Source: Patescibacteria group bacterium
GTDB taxonomy: Bacteria > Patescibacteriota > Minisyncoccia > Phycocordibacterales > Phycocordibacteraceae
Direction: 5' to 3'
Length of the DNA: 64,000 nucleotides
NCBI GenBank assembly: GCA_038064495.1
Contig: JBBTSZ010000002.1
Span: 280,934 to 344,933 of the forward strand
Below, in pieces: positions 37,490 to 45,786 of the stretch. The notes below the pieces were generated by a model. That model was given only the letters and a program-made list of their open reading frames with translations, was not told where the DNA came from and did no database searches. A program made the position numbers and the translations under genes. Numbering within the stretch: the stretch's first letter is position 1; each line of letters begins with the position of its first letter.

Positions 37490-37636
37490 TTAGCGAGGTG
37501 CAAACATCATAGCGATCAGAAGGATGGTGACCATTGCGCCCAGTCCGCATACAATCCAGAAGTTGAACTTCTGTTTAGCAGCGTAATAGTTGGCGATGGC
37601 TTGTTTTTGCTCTGGTGAGATATAACCTTCTTCCAT
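37490..37636 (-). CDS. small single-TM membrane protein (48 aa)
   Basis: AAGGAG SD precedes the ATG. C-terminal TM helix. A hairpin plus T-run lies downstream at about 37446-37485. Confidence 0.45.
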   Translation of the reverse strand: MEEGYISPEQKQAIANYYAAKQKFNFWIVCGLGAMVTILLIAMMFAPR

Positions 37637-37850
37637 TACGGTTCTCCTTTCTAGACAAAACTTATCATATGTTGCAAAAGGTTCCAATATAATCACGGTA
37701 GAGGGATGTAGTGACTTGGTTTGGTACATATACCTCAGGTTGCTTTTCCATTTCCCTACCTCTTTCTAAGTAATACGTTAGCATTTACAGAATCACCACT
37801 TCGTGGTTTAGTATTCCTTAGAATACTCTGCACAATTGAAAGGGCATAAA

Positions 37851-38273
37851 ATGACACAATCTATAAATTTTGTAGATGATGGCCACCTGTTGTATTGGGG
37901 ACAGCTCGCTGTATGCAAAGCGCTTGGATTAAGCGATGAAGCCGTTCGATTAGGGACTCGAGAGATAAATAACTTCTTGCCGCATGGCATCCTTATTTCT
38001 GGGTCTGATTTTTCCGTCCAAGTTCTATCGAAACAAGTTCGTGGCAATACGTCTAACATATTCGGTAATTACTGCGAAGCTACTATCATTTTTGTTCGCT
38101 CACATCCAGGTAACCTTAGTCAGCAAAAAGAGTACAAAGTGAAACCCTTCACACTACCAGGCTACAGCGACTGGCTCGCAGGCAAGAAAAAGCTTCTTGA
38201 ACGGTTGAAGTCTGAAGAGGAGGCTCGTTTTGAAGCCTTCAAAAGAAGGCGACTCGAAAGAGCTAACGCATAG
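37851..38273 (+). CDS. AT-rich hypothetical protein
   Basis: GAAAGGG SD. 140 aa with no recognisable domain. Followed by a terminator. Confidence 0.4.
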   Translation: MTQSINFVDDGHLLYWGQLAVCKALGLSDEAVRLGTREINNFLPHGILISGSDFSVQVLSKQVRGNTSNIFGNYCEATIIFVRSHPGNLSQQKEYKVKPFTLPGYSDWLAGKKKLLERLKSEEEARFEAFKRRRLERANA

Positions 38274-38284
38274 AAGTCATTGTG

Positions 38285-38323
38285 AGAGCGCACGACCTTT
38301 GGGTACGGCGCTCTTTTACTTTT
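38285..38323 (+). terminator. terminator
   Basis: Stem agagcgc/gcgctct with a 16-nt loop, then TTTTacTTTT. Confidence 0.45.
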
Positions 38324-38544
38324 CATAGTTATCAAGGACTAAATGAGTTTCGACACTGGCTCGTTGTAATAGATAGGCCGTATATACGGCATGTGGTAGT
38401 GACGGCACTACTTTCTTTTTAGATTTGCAAGGTCGAGGTGCCGACTCAAAAGAAGAGTTACTAGGTATATCTAAGAAGTGTGCAAGACTACAACTATATG
38501 AAACTCACCCCATCTAATGCTAATTCCCGTATTAGCGTCCTCAC

Positions 38545-39786
38545 GTGAAGCCTCGTGCGGACGATACCAGCCAGCCCTATTCTGACCGCGAACTCCAAGG
38601 TCTCAAAGAGCTCAAAACAGCTCGGGCGAGTATTCTAAAGAATCTCCAAGATACCGAGGAAGAATCACAGAATAATCTCCAGAAAACGGCCATTGATGAA
38701 GCTGTACTTGAGAGTATTGGTGACGGGCTGGTCGTTATGGACAAACTCGGCATTATTACCTATGTGAACCCAGCGCTTGAGCGCATGGTCGGCTGGACCC
38801 TCGACGAAATCGTGGGGAATTCCATCGTGGACACACTTATCCTGGAAAAAGAAAAAGGCGAGAAAGTCTCCTACAACGAAGAAATTTTATCTAAGGTACT
38901 TGCCGGCGGTATTGTCGTCGCTGATTTAACCAATCCGTTTTATCACGTGCGCAAAGATAAGAGCACCTTTCCGATAAGTACAACGGTGAGCCCCATCCTC
39001 CTTGCAGGAGAGATTATTGGTGCGGTTATGACGTTCCGCGACATTACGAAGGAGAAAGAAATTGATAAGGCAAAAACGGAGTTTGTCTCGCTTGCTTCGC
39101 ATCAACTGCGTACTCCGCTTTCCACGATTAATTGGTACACCGAAATGCTCCTTGCCGGTGATGTTGGAAAACTGAGTGACAAACAGGATACCTATCTGAG
39201 GGAAATCTACCGGGGAAGTCAGCGAATGGTTTCTCTCGTGAATGCTCTTTTGAGTGTCTCGCGCATGGACCTCGGCACCTTTGTGCTTGAGCCAGAGCCA
39301 ACAGACTTTGTGCGGCTCATACAAACTATTATCCGCGAGCAGCAATTTCATATTGAGCGCAAAAAAATCATCGTCACCACGTCATTCCAAGACTCTCTGC
39401 CTCTCATCCATGCTGATGGAAAACTGCTCAGTATGGTTGTTCAAAACATATTATCCAACGCGGTGAAATATACTCCCGATAACGGCACTATAGATCTCAC
39501 GCTCACGCTCATCCCAAGTGCAAACACGCTTCGCCTAAAGATTAAAGACACCGGCTATGGCATTCCACTCGCCCAGCAGGAGCAGATTTTCACCAAGCTT
39601 TTTCGTGCTGACAACGTGCGCGAAAAAGAAACCGAAGGTACGGGCCTTGGTCTCTACATTGCAAAGACCATTATTGATAACTCTGAAGGGAGACTGTGGT
39701 TTGAATCCGAAGAAAACAAGGGTACGACCTTCTACTTGGAACTGCCGGCATTTTCTGACCAAGTTACTACCAAACACAAGGTATGA
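38545..39786 (+). CDS. cytoplasmic PAS-domain sensor histidine kinase
   Basis: No TM segment. Coiled N-terminus, then a PAS domain (IGDGLVVMDKLGIITYVNPALERMVGWTLDEIVGNSI), H-box LASHQLRTPLSTINWYTEML, N-box VVQNILSNAVKYTP, and G-boxes DTGYGIP and GTGLGLYIA. Confidence 0.85.
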   Translation: MKPRADDTSQPYSDRELQGLKELKTARASILKNLQDTEEESQNNLQKTAIDEAVLESIGDGLVVMDKLGIITYVNPALERMVGWTLDEIVGNSIVDTLILEKEKGEKVSYNEEILSKVLAGGIVVADLTNPFYHVRKDKSTFPISTTVSPILLAGEIIGAVMTFRDITKEKEIDKAKTEFVSLASHQLRTPLSTINWYTEMLLAGDVGKLSDKQDTYLREIYRGSQRMVSLVNALLSVSRMDLGTFVLEPEPTDFVRLIQTIIREQQFHIERKKIIVTTSFQDSLPLIHADGKLLSMVVQNILSNAVKYTPDNGTIDLTLTLIPSANTLRLKIKDTGYGIPLAQQEQIFTKLFRADNVREKETEGTGLGLYIAKTIIDNSEGRLWFESEENKGTTFYLELPAFSDQVTTKHKV

Positions 39787-40253
39787 AAAAGAATCTGAAA
39801 GAAACGAAAACTGTGCTGGTGGTAGAGGACGACCAACCACTCCTTGCGGTCATTAAAATGAAACTTGAGAAAGAGGGTATGCACGTGATTACCTCGCGGA
39901 GCGTTGACCGTGTCTTTAGTATTGAGATTGAGAAGAATGCCGCGAACAAAATTACGATGAGTAGTGTTGAACTTTCACTCAAGCATCTGAATGATTTGGA
40001 TCGTATTGACGCAGTATGGCTTGACCACAACCTGCTCGGAAGTGAAAACGGTCTAGACTTCGTGATTAAGTTTAAAGACAACGGTGGTCATTGGGAAAAG
40101 ATTCCTATTTTTGTTGTTTCAAATACCGCTGACCCAGAACTGGTACAGAAATATGCGGCAGCACAGGTTCCGAACTATTACGTAAAAGCCGAGCACACAC
40201 TTGAAAGTATCGTCAACGATATCAAGAACGTACTTCTTGGAGAAAAGAAATAA
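39783..40253 (+). CDS. receiver-domain-only response regulator (atypical)
   Basis: Overlaps the kinase stop. Shows VLVVEDDQPLL and the phospho-Asp region VWLDHNL. No output domain. Confidence 0.65.
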   Translation: MKKNLKETKTVLVVEDDQPLLAVIKMKLEKEGMHVITSRSVDRVFSIEIEKNAANKITMSSVELSLKHLNDLDRIDAVWLDHNLLGSENGLDFVIKFKDNGGHWEKIPIFVVSNTADPELVQKYAAAQVPNYYVKAEHTLESIVNDIKNVLLGEKK

Positions 40254-40254
40254 T

Positions 40255-40656
40255 ATGAAGGCTCCGAGCATCGTATTGATTGTTGAAGACGAAGCGTCAC
40301 TGCGCCGAGCGCTCTGCGACAAATTTGCGCGTGAAGGCTTTACGGTGTTTGAAGCGAAAGATGGAGAAGTGGGTCTTACGCTCGCCCTCAAGGAAGAACC
40401 GAATGTCATCTTGCTTGATATGATGATGCCGAAGGTAGATGGCATCACCATGCTACATCAGCTGCGACTTGCAAATGAATGGGGCAGACTCGTTCCCGTC
40501 CTGCTCCTTACCAATGTGAGCAGCGACGACAAACGAATGTTGCGAGAGGTACAGGAAGACGGTTCAGCACACTATTTAGTAAAGTCGGACTGGCCTATTA
40601 CCAGACTGGTGGAGCGAGTGAGGGAGGCACTTCGTGAGACTCAAAACAGCATCTAG
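40255..40656 (+). CDS. receiver-domain-only response regulator
   Basis: Starts 2 nt after the previous stop. Shows VLIVEDEASLRRAL and ILLDMMMP (phospho-Asp), plus the conserved T and K regions. Confidence 0.75.
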   Translation: MKAPSIVLIVEDEASLRRALCDKFAREGFTVFEAKDGEVGLTLALKEEPNVILLDMMMPKVDGITMLHQLRLANEWGRLVPVLLLTNVSSDDKRMLREVQEDGSAHYLVKSDWPITRLVERVREALRETQNSI

Positions 40657-40676
40657 CCCTTATAAATCTCCCATCT

Positions 40677-40697
40677 AAGCGCTACAAGGCGCTTTTT
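40677..40697 (+). terminator. terminator
   Basis: Stem aagcgc/gcgctt with loop tacaa, then a T-run. Confidence 0.55.
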
Positions 40698-40820
40698 ATA
40701 TATAAAACGCGAGAAAACCTAGTAAATACTTGATTTCTTTATCCCCAGCGATAAGGGACACAAGTAACAGGCCAGAAACACAGCCGATATACTGGAGGCA
40801 AGGTAACTATTACATTCTTT

Positions 40821-43800
40821 ATGAACTCATCTTGGCTCGAGCGTATTGGACGAAGCATATTCGTCTCTGTACTTTTACTATCCGTCATACTTAGTGGCTT
40901 TCCTGAAGTGCAGGTGCAAGCTGCAACCACTTCGCTGGCGGCTGCAAGCCAGTCAACCGTACTCACGGTTGGTGCCACATCGGGAGATGTCGGTGTCTTC
41001 CAGGCAGTATTGCAGAAGCTCGGGTATCTCAACTCTACTCCAACTGGCTACTACGGCACTCAGACCAAAGCAGCTGTTGCAATATTCCAAAAATTTAATC
41101 GCCTCCCTGTTACTGGTTCGGTGGATGACCGTACCCGTTACTATCTTGGACAAGCAATTGCGCAGCTAGGCGTTAAAGCACCAGTACTTACAACGACGTC
41201 GTCTGTACCCGCGAAAATCAGAACAACCTTACCGCCTACACCAGTAACAACTCCTGTTGCAACAGCACCAAGTACAACGACACTTAAGGTTCGCTCTACA
41301 GGCGGGAAGGTTACGGAAGTACAGAAGTCTCTGAACACCCTCGGACTTCTTGCTGTTGAACCAACTGGATATTTTGGAACTCTAACAGAAGCTGCTGTTA
41401 AAAAGTTTCAAACCAATAATTTGTTGCCTGTCACTGGACAAGTAGATACAACAACTAATCAAATACTCACAACTACTGCCAGCACCGTTCCTCTTGCCGA
41501 CAGCACAACCAAAACGACTACAACGACTACCGTAAAGACGGCTCCTGCCAAAACGCCTCCGCCAGCACCTGCTGATACAACACTAACGTTTAGTTCCTCC
41601 GATTCTTCTGTTGTCGTTGGTACGTCGTACACACTCAGATGGAGTTCACAACATGCCGAAAGTTGTACTGCTTCCGGAGAGTGGTCGGGTACGTTTTCAA
41701 CAAAAGGAAGTAAGACCTTTACACCGACAACAGAAGGGACAAGAACCTACATACTCACCTGCTACGGAAAGTCAGGCTCGGTAGTAGGGAGTCAAACCGT
41801 TGTTGTAACTGCAAACACTGACCCCGTTGTAGCGCCCCCACCAGCTCCAGCACCGTCACTCACGTTCACGGCAACTCCGACGACAGTTACATCAGGTGGT
41901 AGTACTACACTTACGTGGACTACGAAAGATGCAACCAGCTGCACAGGAACAGGAGATGGGATTACCGGTACTCAGCCAACGAGTAAAACCGTGACCGTGT
42001 CTAACATCACCTCTGACCGAACTTTCTCTCTCTCCTGTACCGGTGCGGGTGGCACGGTCGCAAAGTCACTCACCGTAACCGTTACTGAACCAACACCTGT
42101 GCCGACCGTTGCACCAACGCTTATCTTTAGCGCAAGCGCAACTTCAGTTTTCTCGGGCGGAAATGTCACCCTCACCTGGTCCACCACAAACGCAACAAGC
42201 TGTACCGGTACAGGCCAAGGCATTGTCGGTACTCAGCCTACGAGTAAGTCAGTATCAGTATCAAACATCACCTCTAACCAAACCTACAGTCTCACCTGTA
42301 CGGGAGCAGGAGGCAGTATTACCAAATCCATAACTGTTGTGGTCACGGGACCAGCACCACTTACCGGTGTCGTGTCTGAAGGAGACTCCATCTCTGTTTT
42401 TTGGAGTGGGAACCACACGGGTATCTACGCTGCCGCAAATCCAACTGTTCCCTTCAAGGGACTTGCAGTGGGTGGTTCAGGCATTGGTACTCTCACAGCA
42501 CGCCAGCAGGCAGTACTTGATGCGAAGCCAAAAGTATTCACTGTATTTATTGGTGCCAATGACTTAACGAGTTACTCTTCTGCAACAGCCTTTACTAACG
42601 CTCTCTTCTCATATGTTGCAACGATTAAGGCAACCGGTGCAAAAGTTGCGGTAGCCACCATACTGCCGCAACAAATCGCAAATGCGTCGGCAAATAATGC
42701 CTTGCATAATACTCGTCGAGTAGAGGCAAACAACATTATCCGAGCAGCTGTTGGCGGAAAAATAGATGGGGTCATTGACTTCGCAGCTGACCCAACAATG
42801 GGACCTGATTCAGCGGCAGCTAATACAACCTTGTATTACGATGGTCTTCATCCAACTGATGGAAATAGTGCCGGTACAGGAGGTCAAAATAAACTTGCGC
42901 TTGTGTATGGACCAGTCGTAAACGCACTTCTTAACGGGACTCCAGTACCAACACCTTCCCCGTACATCACACCAACGCTGACCTTCACTGCAAGCGCATC
43001 GTCAGTTACTTCAGGAGGAAGTGTTGACCTTACCTGGTCCACCACAAACGCAACAAGCTGTACCGGTACAGGCCAAGGTATTGCTGGCATGCAGTCAACG
43101 AGCAAGACAACGACAGTATCAAACATCACCTCTAACCAAACCTTCAGTCTCACCTGTACGGGTGCTGGTGGAAGCGTTACAAAATCTGTGAGTGTAACAG
43201 TTCTTGCTCCACAGCCCTCTCCGTCAACTATCCCTGCATCTATTCCAAGCAATTTTGACATCAACTCAGAACTCGTTCCGTCATGGGGAACGGGAGCTAT
43301 ACCCGCAAGTGCAGCCCCTGATGTTGTTGGTGCCTTCCGCTTTATCTGTAACGCAAGCCATGAATCATTCGATGACCCTATTGTCTATCCGGGACAACCA
43401 GGCAAATCACACTTACATGAGTTCTTTGGCAACACACTAACGAATGCAAACTCTACCTATCAGAGTCTTCGTACAACGGGAAATAGCACCTGTAACAGTC
43501 CACTTAACCGTTCAGGATATTGGATTCCAGCGATGATTAATGGGGCCGGGCAAGTAGTACGTCCAGACTACGTCTCTATCTACTACAAGCGCCGTCCAGA
43601 TACCGATCCTCTCTGCACCAAGATTGGGAAATCGTGTGTTGACTTGCCTCGTGGACTTAGATTCGTGTTCGGAGCAAACCTAGTCAGTGCAACACCAACC
43701 ACAGGAGGAGGATATTTTAACTGCACGGGTCCTACCGCAACTTCCGGGCATTATAAAGACATCGCTACCGCAGCAAAGAATTGTCCTGCGGGAAATCAAA

Positions 43801-44459
43801 TTGGGGCAATCATATCTGCTCCAGAATGTTGGGATGGTGTAAATCTAGACAGTGCAGACCACCGTAGTCATGTAGCCTACTCTCAGTACATTGGTCAGTC
43901 GTATGCCCAGTGTCCGTCAACTCACCCGTACGTCATTCCGACCTTCACACTTGGCGCATGGTATACCGTGGACAGTACGCTTGATCGCTCAGGAACGTGG
44001 AATCCTGCAACGCCAACCTGGCACCTCTCTTCTGACGGTATGCCGAACGCCACGAAGAATCCTGGTTCAACGCTCCACTCTGATTGGTTTGGAGCATGGG
44101 ACGATACGGTAAAGGCCATGTGGGAACAAAACTGCGTGAACAAACTTCTGAACTGTTCTGGAGGTGATCTTGGAAACGGTAAGCAGCTGAAAATGTTCAA
44201 GGGCTTCAGTTGGACAGCCAATCCACGTACGGTGCCGATACCCGCTGGAGGTCCGATGGCATATATTCCTAATCACGATTTCAAGATTGGAACGAAGGGG
44301 CCAAGTGTAACCGCTCTTCAGAACCTCCTCAAGAATCTTGGTTTCTTCAAAGAGCAGGCAACGGGATACTTTGGAACACTCACGCAAGCTGCACTCAAGT
44401 CCTACCAGAGTAGTTTGGCAGGTGTCGGAGCAGCAGGTACGGAGCACGACCACCAGTAA
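40821..44459 (+). CDS. 1212-aa secreted multidomain cell-wall protein: signal peptide, 2x PG_binding_1, ~5 Ig-like repeats, SGNH/GDSL hydrolase, DUF1996-like domain, C-terminal PG_binding_1
   Basis: Signal peptide followed by PG-binding repeats (GDVGVFQAVLQKLGYL...YYGTQTKAAVAIFQ), twice at the N-terminus and once at the C-terminus. Ig-like repeats of ~80 aa (LTWSTTNATSCTGTGQGI.G.Q.TSK...SNITSNQT.SLTCTGAGGS). GDSL blocks SEGDSIS, GANDL and DGLHPTD. A DUF1996-like region has SHLHEFFGN and RSGYWIPAMI. Confidence 0.8.
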   Translation: MNSSWLERIGRSIFVSVLLLSVILSGFPEVQVQAATTSLAAASQSTVLTVGATSGDVGVFQAVLQKLGYLNSTPTGYYGTQTKAAVAIFQKFNRLPVTGSVDDRTRYYLGQAIAQLGVKAPVLTTTSSVPAKIRTTLPPTPVTTPVATAPSTTTLKVRSTGGKVTEVQKSLNTLGLLAVEPTGYFGTLTEAAVKKFQTNNLLPVTGQVDTTTNQILTTTASTVPLADSTTKTTTTTTVKTAPAKTPPPAPADTTLTFSSSDSSVVVGTSYTLRWSSQHAESCTASGEWSGTFSTKGSKTFTPTTEGTRTYILTCYGKSGSVVGSQTVVVTANTDPVVAPPPAPAPSLTFTATPTTVTSGGSTTLTWTTKDATSCTGTGDGITGTQPTSKTVTVSNITSDRTFSLSCTGAGGTVAKSLTVTVTEPTPVPTVAPTLIFSASATSVFSGGNVTLTWSTTNATSCTGTGQGIVGTQPTSKSVSVSNITSNQTYSLTCTGAGGSITKSITVVVTGPAPLTGVVSEGDSISVFWSGNHTGIYAAANPTVPFKGLAVGGSGIGTLTARQQAVLDAKPKVFTVFIGANDLTSYSSATAFTNALFSYVATIKATGAKVAVATILPQQIANASANNALHNTRRVEANNIIRAAVGGKIDGVIDFAADPTMGPDSAAANTTLYYDGLHPTDGNSAGTGGQNKLALVYGPVVNALLNGTPVPTPSPYITPTLTFTASASSVTSGGSVDLTWSTTNATSCTGTGQGIAGMQSTSKTTTVSNITSNQTFSLTCTGAGGSVTKSVSVTVLAPQPSPSTIPASIPSNFDINSELVPSWGTGAIPASAAPDVVGAFRFICNASHESFDDPIVYPGQPGKSHLHEFFGNTLTNANSTYQSLRTTGNSTCNSPLNRSGYWIPAMINGAGQVVRPDYVSIYYKRRPDTDPLCTKIGKSCVDLPRGLRFVFGANLVSATPTTGGGYFNCTGPTATSGHYKDIATAAKNCPAGNQIGAIISAPECWDGVNLDSADHRSHVAYSQYIGQSYAQCPSTHPYVIPTFTLGAWYTVDSTLDRSGTWNPATPTWHLSSDGMPNATKNPGSTLHSDWFGAWDDTVKAMWEQNCVNKLLNCSGGDLGNGKQLKMFKGFSWTANPRTVPIPAGGPMAYIPNHDFKIGTKGPSVTALQNLLKNLGFFKEQATGYFGTLTQAALKSYQSSLAGVGAAGTEHDHQ
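42174..42220 (+). repeat. intragenic near-identical 47-nt repeat, copy 1 (copy 2 at 43032-43078)
   Basis: acctggtccaccacaaacgcaacaagctgtaccggtacaggccaagg occurs identically in two Ig-like repeats about 860 nt apart. Confidence 0.7.
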
Positions 44460-44475
44460 AAGAAGGAGTTCAAAC

Positions 44476-44508
44476 AAAAACACCACTGACTTCAGTGGTG
44501 TTTTTGTT
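44476..44508 (+). terminator. rho-independent terminator
   Basis: Stem caccactg/cagtggtg followed by TTTTT. Confidence 0.65.
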
Positions 44509-44535
44509 TAGCTGGTACCTCGCTATACTACGTAT

Positions 44536-45015
44536 ATGAAAACTAACCTATGGATTCCGTACTTGGTATGTGTAGTCGCATCACTTCTTGCGGGAGGTAT
44601 CGGCTCCTACTTCACGTTTGAAGCGATTAGTACTTGGTACATGGGACTCACGCTTCCTTCATGGACTCCACCCAATTGGGTATTCGGTCCCGTATGGACC
44701 ACTCTGTACGTGTTGATGGGTGTTTCAGCGGGCTTAGTGTGGAAAAGCACACGTGCGGATAAAAAATGGGCACTCTACCTTTTCTTCTTTCATCTCCTTG
44801 TGAACGCAGCGTGGTCTATTGTGTTCTTTGGTCTTCGCGACCCCGTTTCTGCACTCCTTATTATCAAAGCACTATGGCTTTTGATAGTTGCACTCATGAT
44901 TCTTTTCTGGAAATATTCAAAGCTTGCTACGTATCTTCTGATTCCGTACTTAGTCTGGGTCTCCTATGCCACCTCACTCAATCTTGGTGTTATTCTGTTA
45001 AATCCCCTTATATGA
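44536..45015 (+). CDS. tspO: TspO/MBR tryptophan-rich sensory protein
   Basis: Five TM helices with WYMGLTLPSWTPPNWVFGPVWTTLY. Confidence 0.85.
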   Translation: MKTNLWIPYLVCVVASLLAGGIGSYFTFEAISTWYMGLTLPSWTPPNWVFGPVWTTLYVLMGVSAGLVWKSTRADKKWALYLFFFHLLVNAAWSIVFFGLRDPVSALLIIKALWLLIVALMILFWKYSKLATYLLIPYLVWVSYATSLNLGVILLNPLI

Positions 45016-45419
45016 AAGATATTCTTAAATTGTTTAGTCTCGCACTTCCGATTATGGTAGCTCTGGACCTCTCTTGGGTAAGTGTCATTGCTGCTAGCTT
45101 CTACCATGCAAACTTAGGACCCCTGCTTGCTCCAGTCCCGCACTACGGCGCTATCGTTTTGTTCTATATTTTCTACACCCTCGTGCTTATCTACTTTGCA
45201 CTACGTCCGGCACTTATTGAGCGGTCGCTTCCTCGCGCCATGATAAATGCAGCCGTACTTGGGTTCGGAGCCTATATGACCATTGACCTCACAAACTACG
45301 CACTCATCGCTGGCTGGCCTCTCACCCTTGCCGTAGTTGATATAGCATGGGGCATTATCCTTACAAGTCTCACCGCAGGTCTCACCTATCTCGTCGCTAC
45401 GAAAATCTTTACGCTCTAG
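45012..45419 (+). CDS. DUF2177-like membrane protein
   Basis: The ATG overlaps the tspO stop in ATGA fashion. Four TM helices. Confidence 0.55.
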   Translation: MKDILKLFSLALPIMVALDLSWVSVIAASFYHANLGPLLAPVPHYGAIVLFYIFYTLVLIYFALRPALIERSLPRAMINAAVLGFGAYMTIDLTNYALIAGWPLTLAVVDIAWGIILTSLTAGLTYLVATKIFTL

Positions 45420-45449
45420 TCTGACAACGTATTTGGTGCATTTTTCTTT

Positions 45450-45492
45450 ATAATAAACACTTATTGACACATAGTCAATAAGTGTTTATTAT
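45450..45492. promoter_or_regulatory. perfect 19-bp inverted repeat with 5-nt spacer (candidate operator or structural element)
   Basis: ataataaacacttattgac acata gtcaataagtgtttattat. AT-rich, contains a TTGACA, and lies in the intergenic region upstream of the small-membrane/SPFH gene pair. Confidence 0.5.
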
Positions 45493-45547
45493 CTAAATTA
45501 GATCCCCGCACATTGAAATGTTGCTTGGTTCTGGAAAGGAAACACCC

Positions 45548-45766
45548 ATGTTCATCAGATATCTAGAAGTACTGCTGGCAGTGCTCGTCATTGTCATCGT
45601 TATTTCACAGGTGATAGCTCCCCTCTGGCGGAACCAGCCGATTTTCCCGTTCTTTGGACGGAAAAGGAAACTTGAGCGAGAGCTCACGCAGGTGCACGGC
45701 GAACAGGCAGAGCAAGCTCTTGAAAAGGTAATCAAATCTGAACGCCGCAATGGCCGGAAGAACTAG
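45548..45766 (+). CDS. small single-TM membrane protein upstream of SPFH gene
   Basis: GGAAAGGAAA SD. TM helix followed by a charged tail. Confidence 0.4.
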   Translation: MFIRYLEVLLAVLVIVIVISQVIAPLWRNQPIFPFFGRKRKLERELTQVHGEQAEQALEKVIKSERRNGRKN

Positions 45767-45786
45767 CTTCAGAAAGGAAGCAACAT

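Noticed and set aside
41800-43200. Repetitive nucleotide blocks considered as a possible CRISPR or non-coding tandem array
   Set aside because: The repeats are in-frame protein-coding Ig-like domain repeats within one continuous 1212-aa ORF. There are no spacer/repeat periodicity or cas genes.
44766-45419. 217-aa ORF overlapping the 3' half of tspO
   Set aside because: It lies out of frame over a well-supported TspO. The real gene is the 135-aa DUF2177-like protein starting at 45012 with an ATGA overlap.
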